From the NCBI GenBank assembly GCA_017409785.1, contig JAFQSD010000004.1, forward strand, positions 48,663 through 112,662: DNA of 64,000 bases. Reading direction: 5' to 3'. Positions 46,424-54,680 of this stretch are shown piece by piece. Position numbers and translations under genes: made by a program. Position 1 is the stretch's first letter, and each line of letters starts with the position of its first letter. Below the pieces are notes generated by a model. That model saw nothing but the letters and a program-made list of their open reading frames with translations, did no database searches and had not been told where the DNA came from. The DNA is from Bacilli bacterium. GTDB lineage: Bacteria > Bacillota_I > Bacilli_A > RF39 > UBA660.

Positions 46424-49354
46424 ATGAACTTTGAAATATTATTAAGTAAATTATTAAGACTGCCACTAAATAAAGCGTTAGATATATATAATGAGTATCT
46501 AAAAAATAATCAAGATAACTTTGCTAATAATTTACGCGCCTCAAACTTACTTATGGAAAAAACACAAACAAGAAAAAGAATTAAAGATGAATGTTTTGAA
46601 ACTGCACTTATGGCTTTGGCTTTCATGTCACAAAAGAAGAACCAATTAGCGGATATGATGCTTGAAGAGACAAAGCCATACCCTATGATTGTTTGGATGG
46701 AAGTAATAGGAGAAATGGATGATGAAGGAATAAAAGGTGTATTAAAAAATTATGCAGATAAATTACCTCCTCCAATAATTGAGACATTAATTTTAAATTT
46801 ATCAGAGTCAAAGCAAGCAGTAGCAATAAATAAGTATAAAAATAGATTGGATTCAAAAAGTGAAATGTTTTATTCATTTTATTTATGTTTATCTAAAGAA
46901 GCACAACAAGAACTTGATAGACTGACTAATAAAGCTGTAAAAGTAAATCCACTACTACAATTGAGTGATCAAGAACCGTCTCAAATAAAAAAAAGCTTAA
47001 TTGTAAATAAAGAATTATATAAAGAGATTCCAATGGATGATATTATTGAAGTTCTTTTATTAAATGTAAATTCATCAGAAGATATTTTTGACATATTAAA
47101 GACTTATGAAGATAGACAAACAGAAATATCTGATATGCGATTTAAATTATTAGTTGGTAGACTAAAAGTATTATTAAATGAAGAAACATATAACCATAGA
47201 TTTGAAAATGCAGAAGAAATATTTAATAAACTAAAATCTCGTTTTAAAAGATTAGGTTTAAAAGACTCACTTGCTATCTTAGATGCCAAAGTAGATGGTT
47301 ATTATTCTTGTGAACATGGTAATGAAATAATTTATGAATTTTTAGATATTGCATATGAAAACGAAAACCTAAGAGACTTTGTAAATGAAAAAACAATCTC
47401 AGCACTGGTTGAAAGATTTGTAAATGATTGCAGAAGTAAAGAATATACAGTTGAAGACTTCCGAAGATTAGTTGAAAAAACTACAACGACTAAGCCTTAT
47501 AAGTTAATAAAAGATGATTATATTGAAGCAATAATTGCCTGTGGTTCATTAATGAAAAACCACATAATATCAGATCAAGATCCTCATTTTTTAGAATTAC
47601 GTAGAAGATTTATTTCTATGCTAAATGATCAAGTAGAAAAAGATGGAACTTTAACAGAAGAAGTTAATTTCAATGGATTATTCTATCGTTTAATAAAAGG
47701 TAGTGTTGATTTTGATAAGGTCTTTAATACTAAAACATATAAAGGCTTAATATATCTAACAAAATCTGGACGAGTATTTAATAATCCAGACTTGATCACA
47801 AAATATTTATCAGACGAGCAAATAAGAAAATTAGATATATCACCAGTTCTACATTTAAAGAAAGAGCTAATTAATGAAGCTAATAGAAAACATAAAGAAG
47901 TAAAGCCTAATAGTGAATTAGATCCTCGCTATGCAGTATCAGATTTTAAAGAAAGAATGATGCTTCAATTACTTTGTTATTTTGGTGAAACTAGAGCAAG
48001 ACATATTATCAAATCAGCTATGAAACCAACTAGAATGGAAAACATTTTTGATAGTCTTAATTACAAAGATATTAAGATTGATGAAAATGGTAAACCAATT
48101 GTAAATCAAGAATTAGTTGATTTCTTATTCGGAAGAGGTAGTGTAGCAGAAAAGAACACAGTTATGAATAGAATAATTCGAGAAGAATTATTAGATTTCG
48201 GAAGATTTGTTCCTGAAATATGTAATAACTACGAAGAGGTAAAAAAAGCTTGTCATGGAATTATAACTGTAAAAAGAGCAATGGCTCATTTTGAAGATAT
48301 AGTTCTTCCTATTGAGTTAAAACCAAATGAACGAGAATTTAAACCGGCATTAAAAGAAATGCGTATTACTAAAGAAGATACTTTAGCCAAGGGAGTTTCC
48401 TTATGTCATGATGCCAAAAAAAGAACATCATCAACTATACCAAAAGTAAAAGGAAAATTAGGAGACTTTACATATGAAATACTAGATGTAAAAGATCCGT
48501 TTGCTTTAGCGGTAGGATACTTATCACATTGTTGTTTTGTTGTTGATGGTATTTCATATTCAGCATTAAAACATTCAATGCAATCTGTAAACGGAAGAAC
48601 ATTTGTTGTTTATCATAAAGGCAAATTTTTAACACAAAGTTGGATGTGGAGAAATGGCGATGTTGTTTGTTTCGACAGTGTTGAATCAGGAAGTAGTATT
48701 CATGGTGCCTACAATGATGATATAAAATTAGTAGATGTCTACAAACATGTCGCGGATGAAATAATGGATATTTCAAAATGTAATGAAACGGATGCAGAAA
48801 GAGTTAAAGTAGTCACAGTAGGGGCATCAGATTATATCTTCAAAGGACTACCACAAGTCGAAGGAAAAGTTCCAAGACCACAAGAAAGAGATGTATATGT
48901 TTACGATTCATCAACGCAAGGAATTCTTGCAGGAGAAATGCCTAAAAAGCCAAATTATGATCCTGTATCAATTAGATACAAAGACCCAAGAAAAAGAGTG
49001 CATAAGTTCTTAAGTATTGAAGAAGCAGATGTTGATGATTTAGATGAAGCATTATTAAAACTACAATCAATTAAATATGAGTCTACTGGTAGTGAAGAAG
49101 TAGAAGATATTACTACAATGAACCAACTATTTGTTGGCCAAGACTGGTATATAAAAACAACAAAAGATGGCACTGTCGAAGTAGAAATATTAGGTGAGGA
49201 AGATGCTTCACTTGAAGAATGTAAACGATATGCTGAACTGTTAGGAATAGAATTTGAAATGGAACACAAAGAATTAAATGATGGTTACCAATTATCAAAA
49301 GACGATGTAGTAAAACAGCTACGAAAGACAAAATTAGAAAGTAGGAGGGGATAA
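46424..49354 (+). CDS. large hypothetical protein (orphan): about 650-aa helical N-region plus Cys-containing C-terminal globular module
   Basis: 976 aa. I saw no Walker A, HExxH, DEAD or nuclease motif. The C-module is FALAVGYLSHCCFVVDGISYSALKHSMQSVNGRTFVVYHKGKFLTQSWMWRNGDVVCFDSVE. It is faintly reminiscent of PcfJ-like domains, from memory and at low confidence. Confidence 0.55.
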   Translation: MNFEILLSKLLRLPLNKALDIYNEYLKNNQDNFANNLRASNLLMEKTQTRKRIKDECFETALMALAFMSQKKNQLADMMLEETKPYPMIVWMEVIGEMDDEGIKGVLKNYADKLPPPIIETLILNLSESKQAVAINKYKNRLDSKSEMFYSFYLCLSKEAQQELDRLTNKAVKVNPLLQLSDQEPSQIKKSLIVNKELYKEIPMDDIIEVLLLNVNSSEDIFDILKTYEDRQTEISDMRFKLLVGRLKVLLNEETYNHRFENAEEIFNKLKSRFKRLGLKDSLAILDAKVDGYYSCEHGNEIIYEFLDIAYENENLRDFVNEKTISALVERFVNDCRSKEYTVEDFRRLVEKTTTTKPYKLIKDDYIEAIIACGSLMKNHIISDQDPHFLELRRRFISMLNDQVEKDGTLTEEVNFNGLFYRLIKGSVDFDKVFNTKTYKGLIYLTKSGRVFNNPDLITKYLSDEQIRKLDISPVLHLKKELINEANRKHKEVKPNSELDPRYAVSDFKERMMLQLLCYFGETRARHIIKSAMKPTRMENIFDSLNYKDIKIDENGKPIVNQELVDFLFGRGSVAEKNTVMNRIIREELLDFGRFVPEICNNYEEVKKACHGIITVKRAMAHFEDIVLPIELKPNEREFKPALKEMRITKEDTLAKGVSLCHDAKKRTSSTIPKVKGKLGDFTYEILDVKDPFALAVGYLSHCCFVVDGISYSALKHSMQSVNGRTFVVYHKGKFLTQSWMWRNGDVVCFDSVESGSSIHGAYNDDIKLVDVYKHVADEIMDISKCNETDAERVKVVTVGASDYIFKGLPQVEGKVPRPQERDVYVYDSSTQGILAGEMPKKPNYDPVSIRYKDPRKRVHKFLSIEEADVDDLDEALLKLQSIKYESTGSEEVEDITTMNQLFVGQDWYIKTTKDGTVEVEILGEEDASLEECKRYAELLGIEFEMEHKELNDGYQLSKDDVVKQLRKTKLESRRG

Positions 49355-49355
49355 T

Positions 49356-50045
49356 ATGTTAATTGCTGAAAATATAAAACAACATTTAGCAGAAGCAACA
49401 ATATCAGGAAGAAGATATTATGAAGAACATCCTGAATGTCGTATTCATCATGAAGTTGCAGAATTAATCCCTGATGACATAGATGTTGATAATCTAATCA
49501 TTGCTTATAAAATATGTTTAGATAATTATGAAAAACATCAAGGAAACGTTTTACCATTTATTGCAACTATTCCTCAGTATGTTCGTAAAGGTACTACGCA
49601 AGAATTTGCTAAAGAATTTAGAAAAAAATATATTACAGATATTCTTGGACTACCACCACAACCAGAACTAGAAACAGACTATGGCTATGTAGAAACTGAA
49701 CCATATGTAATAGATATTTCTAATAAAAATAAATATGCCGTACTAGCAGCACTATATAACTATTCAACACCTTATGGTATGGGATTTGCTCAATATGATC
49801 CATATGCATGGGATGAAGAAATTGGTAAACTTGCATTTGAAAAATTTGGTGAAGTATTAGCTGACGGTTCTATTTTCTTTGGCTGGGTTCAAGGGCGACT
49901 AATGCGCTGTAAGTTTAAAGATAATTTAGTTTATGTTGAAGCATACAATCGTGAAAACATTGATGGACTAGGTCAATTAGCAGTAAGTTCTGTACCTAAT
50001 CTAAATCAAAAAGAAAAGCCTATTCAAAAAGTAAAAAAAGATTAA
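49356..50045 (+). CDS. hypothetical protein (orphan), translationally coupled to the 976-aa gene
   Basis: 229 aa. RBS aggagggg lies inside the end of the upstream gene, with 1 nt between its stop and this start. Conserved-looking block: YAVLAALYNYSTPYGMGFAQYDPYAW...FGWVQGRLMRCKF...YNRENIDGLG. Confidence 0.55.
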   Translation: MLIAENIKQHLAEATISGRRYYEEHPECRIHHEVAELIPDDIDVDNLIIAYKICLDNYEKHQGNVLPFIATIPQYVRKGTTQEFAKEFRKKYITDILGLPPQPELETDYGYVETEPYVIDISNKNKYAVLAALYNYSTPYGMGFAQYDPYAWDEEIGKLAFEKFGEVLADGSIFFGWVQGRLMRCKFKDNLVYVEAYNRENIDGLGQLAVSSVPNLNQKEKPIQKVKKD

Positions 50046-50075
50046 TAATATGATATACTAAAAATGGTGAATAAA

Positions 50076-50702
50076 ATGATTAATCAAGACATCAAAAAAT
50101 ATATAGAAAAAAATATCTATCCAGAATATCAAAAAAATGATAGTGGTCATAACATAGACCACATTAAATATGTTTTAGAAAGAAGTTTAAAGTTTGCTAA
50201 AACAGTTCCAGATATTAATCTAGACATGGTATATGTAATTGCAGCATTTCATGATATTGGTCATCATATAGATGCTAAAAACCATGAACAAGTATCTTCA
50301 GAAATACTGGAAAAAGATGAATTCATCAAAGATTATTTTACAAAAGATGAACTTAAAACAATGGTAGAAGCAGTAGTTGATCACAGAGCTAGTTTAGAGT
50401 ATATTCCACGTTCAATTTATGGAAAAATAGTCTCATCAGCAGATAGAAATACTGATATAGATATTCCTCTAAAACGTACATATTCTTATCGTTTAGAGCA
50501 TTTTCCAAATGCTACATTAGATGAAATCATTGAAGAATCACGTCAACATATTATTGATAAGTTTGGTTCAAATGGCTATGCCAAAGATAAAATATATTTT
50601 GAGGATGAAGATTATAATAATTTCTTAAAAGAAGTAGAATTATTCGCAGAAGATAAAGAACTTTTTAGAAAAAGATTTATTGAAGTAAATAATATTAAAT
50701 AA
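50076..50702 (+). CDS. HD-domain phosphohydrolase (YpgQ/YedJ-like)
   Basis: SGHNIDHIKYV, AAFHDIGH, SADR. TGATATACT at 50051-50059 favours the MINQD start at 50076 over 50064. Confidence 0.7.
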   Translation: MINQDIKKYIEKNIYPEYQKNDSGHNIDHIKYVLERSLKFAKTVPDINLDMVYVIAAFHDIGHHIDAKNHEQVSSEILEKDEFIKDYFTKDELKTMVEAVVDHRASLEYIPRSIYGKIVSSADRNTDIDIPLKRTYSYRLEHFPNATLDEIIEESRQHIIDKFGSNGYAKDKIYFEDEDYNNFLKEVELFAEDKELFRKRFIEVNNIK

Positions 50703-50718
50703 CAAAGTAGGTGATACA

Positions 50719-51318
50719 ATGTCCAAAATAAGTAATGTCCTAACTTTTATGCAATACTTAAGTACAGGTAAAAAATATAGTATTCAAGAATTATCTGAAA
50801 AATTAGAAGTATCACCACGTATGATTAGAGTCTATAAAGAAGAACTAGAAAAAGCAGGAATTTATGTAGATACAATAATGGGTCCATATGGAGGATATGT
50901 CTTAAATCAATCTATTAGAATGCCTGTTAGAAAATTTAAAAAGAAAGATTATGAACTACTAGAAAAATATATCAGTGAAGAAAAAGATTTAGATAGAAAA
51001 GAAAAATTAATTCTATTAAAAGATAAGATTCAAGGAGTATATGCAGGTAGTAAACAAGAAGCACGTGAGTTAAATCTAAAAGATGAAACTCAAAGTAAAT
51101 ATAATTTACTAACACGTGCCATCAAAGAAAGAAAAAAAGTAAAAATATTATATTATTCTTATAATAAAGGAGAAAATGAAAGAGTCATATGTCCAGCAGA
51201 AATGTTTTTATTTCAAGATGGTTGGTATGTCGCAGCATTCTGTCTTGTAAAGAATGATATCCGTCATTTTGAATTAAAAAGAATAATAAAATATGAATTA
51301 TTAAATGAAACTTTTTAA
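50719..51318 (+). CDS. HTH plus WYL domain transcriptional regulator
   Basis: N-terminal HTH YSIQELSEKLEVSPRMIRVYKEELEKAGIYV. The C-terminal WYL-like segment is KVKILYYSYNKGENERVICPAEMFLFQDGWYVAAFC. Confidence 0.7.
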   Translation: MSKISNVLTFMQYLSTGKKYSIQELSEKLEVSPRMIRVYKEELEKAGIYVDTIMGPYGGYVLNQSIRMPVRKFKKKDYELLEKYISEEKDLDRKEKLILLKDKIQGVYAGSKQEARELNLKDETQSKYNLLTRAIKERKKVKILYYSYNKGENERVICPAEMFLFQDGWYVAAFCLVKNDIRHFELKRIIKYELLNETF

Positions 51319-51328
51319 GTAGACTAAA

Positions 51329-51375
51329 TACTTCCTACTCAAGTGCTACTATGTACTTGAAAGGAAGTGTTTTTT
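51329..51375 (+). terminator. intrinsic terminator whose 3' arm contains the only RBS-like sequence for the next gene
   Basis: acttcct..tcaagt-loop-acttga..aggaagt, then gT7. The next ATG is at 51377. Confidence 0.6.
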
Positions 51376-51376
51376 T

Positions 51377-52300
51377 ATGAAACCAAACATGCATGATAAT
51401 TTTAAATTACTTGAAGAAAGAGTATTAGACTCTTTAGAAAAAACAGACTTAGAAAGGATTAAATATCATCTAGAAAGAATAAAAACACCAACGATAACAA
51501 CAGGAGTAGGTGGTTCAAGTGTAGCAAGTAATTTTGCAGCTAAAGTACTAAGTACCAAGAATGGTATAATAGCAGAACACCAAGAACCACGTGATATGTT
51601 ATATAAGCCACTACAAGGATATGACAATGTATTAGCTTGTAGTTATGGTGGAAGAAACTATGGAGTAAAAACATCATTTGCCAATGATTTAAATAAGTAC
51701 TTACTATCAAGAAATATATCTGATAATGAAGGAGTAAATAATTTAACTTATGATGCTTCTTTACCGGATGAAGATAGTTTTATCTCATTAGCCGCAACAC
51801 TTATGCCAATGAGTGTAATGCTAGCATATTATAATGATAATGATATTTCAGTAATAAAAGAAATTTTAGAAACAGCAAGAAAATATAATGTTAATATAGA
51901 TAAAGTATATGAAATATTAACTGGCTATGACACATCAACTGCATCAATCTATTTAGATTCAACTTTGGCTGAAGCGGGATTAGCATCACCTGTGGTTCAT
52001 GATAAATATTCAATGTGTCATGGTAGAACAACTCTCTCATACCATCATGACCACTCCTTAATTCATCTAGATAGAGGTACCGAATTAGATAAACTATATA
52101 AAGAGGAACTACCACAATATTACAACGGAGTAATAACTCTTGAGGGTAAGTTTGATGATCCAATAGTGGATGACTTTTATCTAACATATCAAGCAATGCT
52201 TTTATCAAAAGCAATGGCAGAATCTAAGGGTAGAGACCTATCTAGAATGGCATATTCCCCAGCAGTAAAAAAACTATATCGCTATAGTGGCGAAATGTAG
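51377..52300 (+). CDS. hypothetical protein with SIS-fold-like N-region
   Basis: TGVGGSSVASNFAAKVLSTKNGIIAEH...YDNVLACSYGGRN resembles the SIS G-x-G-x-S...A and S-x-S-G pattern. The assignment is weak. Confidence 0.45.
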   Translation: MKPNMHDNFKLLEERVLDSLEKTDLERIKYHLERIKTPTITTGVGGSSVASNFAAKVLSTKNGIIAEHQEPRDMLYKPLQGYDNVLACSYGGRNYGVKTSFANDLNKYLLSRNISDNEGVNNLTYDASLPDEDSFISLAATLMPMSVMLAYYNDNDISVIKEILETARKYNVNIDKVYEILTGYDTSTASIYLDSTLAEAGLASPVVHDKYSMCHGRTTLSYHHDHSLIHLDRGTELDKLYKEELPQYYNGVITLEGKFDDPIVDDFYLTYQAMLLSKAMAESKGRDLSRMAYSPAVKKLYRYSGEM

Positions 52301-52305
52301 TAAAA

Positions 52306-52334
52306 TTGACAATTATACTAAACTATGTTATAAT
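52306..52334 (+). promoter_or_regulatory. near-consensus sigma-A promoter of the ABC exporter leader
   Basis: TTGACA (52306-52311), a 17-nt spacer, and TGTTATAAT (52326-52334). Confidence 0.75.
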
Positions 52335-52402
52335 CTAGCCGTAGTAAATCAATTCGACCATTCGCGTTTTACTACCAGACAAACCTAGAGTTTGAAGGAA
52401 TA

Positions 52403-52447
52403 ATGAAGAGCCTTAAGAATCTCCTCATGAATGGCAAAAAACCGTAA
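52403..52447 (+). CDS. candidate 14-codon leader peptide (MKSLKNLLMNGKKP)
   Basis: gaagga lies 3-4 nt upstream of the ATG. The ORF lies in the 5' arm of the downstream terminator and ends Lys-Lys-Pro-stop. Confidence 0.4.
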   Translation: MKSLKNLLMNGKKP

Positions 52448-52497
52448 GCAAAATTATGGTTGTTTTTGCTAATTCATGAAAGGAGGTTCTTTTTTTG
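52417..52497 (+). terminator. leader terminator/attenuator upstream of the ABC exporter
   Basis: Long hairpin: gaatctcctcatgaat (52417-52432) pairs with attcatgaaaggaggttc (52472-52489). The inner stem is gcaaaaaacc/ggttgtttttgc. T8 follows. Confidence 0.65.
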
Positions 52498-52534
52498 ATA
52501 CAACCAGACAATTATATAAAAAGGAGAGAAGTAT

Positions 52535-54220
52535 ATGAAGTTATTTAAAGAAGTAATAAAAAACAATTTAAAATTAATGATAGTTTATTTTATACTTGGA
52601 ATAACATTTACATTCTTGGGGCTATATGCCACAAATTATTTTCAAGTAATAATTGACTCATTTGGAACAAATGAAATAACACTAGGAATGATAATATTTT
52701 ATGGAATAGTTTTATTAATAAATGCCATCATTGGATACATTGACAACTATCCAGACAGAGTTTTATTTAACAAACTTTATTTAGAATTCAAAAAGCAATC
52801 TATGAAAAAACTAAAGACAATAGATTATCAAGAATATCAAAAAATAGGAACAGGGAGATTATCACAACAAGTAGAAGAGGGTGCAACAGCAGCAAGAGAT
52901 GCAATCTATTTCTTCTGGTTAAAGTTACTAAGGGAACTTTTACCAGGGGCTATTATAAGTTTATTCTTCATAGGTAGAATTGAGTTCAAAGTGTTATTAA
53001 TAGTTTTAATTGGATACATATTTGTAATCATCCTAACAAACATTGTTCTAAAGGTTCTATACAATTTAAAAGAAAAAATAAACATCAATCAAGAGTTATT
53101 AAATAAACATTTAATTCGTGGTTTCATGGAATTAGTAGTTTTTAGAACTAACAAAAAGTATGATGTTGAATTAGAAAAAATAGATCTAGAAATAACTGAC
53201 ATTACTAAAGGAAAAACTAAAATAAAATTAGTTCATGAAATATTTTTCACAGCTTTTGAAATTCTAGTTACAATAATCAAAATAATAATGTTAGTATATG
53301 CAGTTATTTCAAAAAATCTGACAATAGGTGAAATAGTAGTTTTAATAACTCTATTAGGCAAAGCCTATGAACCAATTGCAATATTCAATGTTGAATACAT
53401 AGACTACAAATTAAACATAGTATCATTAAAACGCTATTTAGAATTCTTAGATTTACCAGATGTTTCAAATATGTATGAAGGAAAAACATTAAAAAATATT
53501 TCTGGTAATGTAGTCTTAAATGATGTAACATTTGCCTACAAAGAAAAACAAGTGCTAGAAAATATTAATCTTGAAATAAAAGAAAATTCAACTGTCGCAT
53601 TTGTTGGTGAAACAGGAAGTGGAAAGTCAACAATCATAAAATTAATTGCTGGACTAATAAAACCTCAATCAGGAAATGTATTAATAGATAATAAAGATCT
53701 AACTAAAATAAAATTAGATTCATACTATGATTACTTATCTTATTTATCACAAGATTCACCTATCTTTGACGGAACGCTAAAAGAAAACATTGTTTTTGAC
53801 AAAAATGTATCAGATGAGAAAATAATAGAAGTATTAAAACTTGTTGAATTAGAAAAGTTTTATTCAAAATTAAAAAATGGTTTAGAGACTGAACTAGGAG
53901 AAAAAGGAATCTTAATTTCTGGAGGAGAACGTCAAAGAATAGCTCTTGCGAGACTTTTCTTTGATGATTCAAAAATAATAATTTTAGATGAAGCAACATC
54001 AGCAATGGACAACATAACAGAAGAAAAAGTAATGAATTCAATCATGAAAAAACTAGAAAATAAAACTTTCATCATAATTGCTCATCGACTAAACACAATA
54101 AGGAATGTAGATAAAATCTTTGTTCTAAGAAATGGCTCAATAACTGACACAGGGACATACAAATCATTACAAAAAAATAGTGAATATTTCGAAGAACTAT
54201 CATTGAAAAAAGTAAACTAA
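52535..54220 (+). CDS. ABC exporter, fused permease-ATPase half-transporter (multidrug/peptide exporter type)
   Basis: Six N-terminal TM helices, Walker A GETGSGKST, signature LSGGERQR and Walker B IIILDEATS. Confidence 0.9.
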   Translation: MKLFKEVIKNNLKLMIVYFILGITFTFLGLYATNYFQVIIDSFGTNEITLGMIIFYGIVLLINAIIGYIDNYPDRVLFNKLYLEFKKQSMKKLKTIDYQEYQKIGTGRLSQQVEEGATAARDAIYFFWLKLLRELLPGAIISLFFIGRIEFKVLLIVLIGYIFVIILTNIVLKVLYNLKEKININQELLNKHLIRGFMELVVFRTNKKYDVELEKIDLEITDITKGKTKIKLVHEIFFTAFEILVTIIKIIMLVYAVISKNLTIGEIVVLITLLGKAYEPIAIFNVEYIDYKLNIVSLKRYLEFLDLPDVSNMYEGKTLKNISGNVVLNDVTFAYKEKQVLENINLEIKENSTVAFVGETGSGKSTIIKLIAGLIKPQSGNVLIDNKDLTKIKLDSYYDYLSYLSQDSPIFDGTLKENIVFDKNVSDEKIIEVLKLVELEKFYSKLKNGLETELGEKGILISGGERQRIALARLFFDDSKIIILDEATSAMDNITEEKVMNSIMKKLENKTFIIIAHRLNTIRNVDKIFVLRNGSITDTGTYKSLQKNSEYFEELSLKKVN

Positions 54221-54258
54221 TATGTTACTATTAAATTGCAAGGAAACTTGTACAAAAA

Positions 54259-54292
54259 AAGGATACATTTGAGTGCCTCAAACGTATTCCTT
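54259..54292 (-). terminator. minus-strand-oriented terminator (serves the convergent sORF transcript)
   Basis: On the minus strand: aaggaatacgtttgag-gca-ctcaaatgtatcctt followed by T7. Confidence 0.55.
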
Positions 54293-54309
54293 TCTTGGAA
54301 CATAAGGAT

Positions 54310-54343
54310 GAGTCTAACTTATGTTAGACTCTGTTTTTATTTT
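54310..54343 (+). terminator. plus-strand terminator of the ABC exporter gene
   Basis: gagtctaac-ttat-gttagactc followed by tgTTTTTaTTTT. Confidence 0.65.
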
Positions 54344-54414
54344 AGAAGTAATAATATCACAACTAATAATAGAAGGAGTATTATGGAGTATAAAGAACAT
54401 TCTCTTTTACTCAT
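54337..54414 (-). CDS. 25-aa hydrophobic peptide, type I toxin-like (MSKRECSLYSIILLLLLVVILLLLK)
   Basis: Not in the ORF track because it is too short. Near-perfect SD AAAGGAGGTG lies 6 nt upstream of the ATG. The peptide is a single TM helix with a charged N-terminus and a C-terminal Lys. Confidence 0.45.
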   Translation of the reverse strand: MSKRECSLYSIILLLLLVVILLLLK

Positions 54415-54680
54415 AATAATCACCTCCTTTCTTGAATTTCTCCAAGAAAGAAAACATTCCTAAATGTATCCGAAAACGTATGTTATCAACCTCAAAATGA
54501 AATGACAAACTGCCAAATATTAAAATTAAGAGAATTATGAATATAGAAAAATCAGTCATATTAGGCTGATTTTTTCTTTCTATAAAAAAACTATCTTTAA
54601 ATAACTAAAATATTAATAAACTAATATTCTAAAATAAACAATTATGATATAATGTAGTCTACTAAGAAAGAGGTGTTCAT

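Noticed and set aside
54236-54463. 75-aa plus-strand ORF in the track (TTG start).
   Set aside because: It has no RBS and its composition is low-complexity. It runs straight through two terminator hairpins and is antisense to a much better supported 25-codon sORF with a perfect SD.
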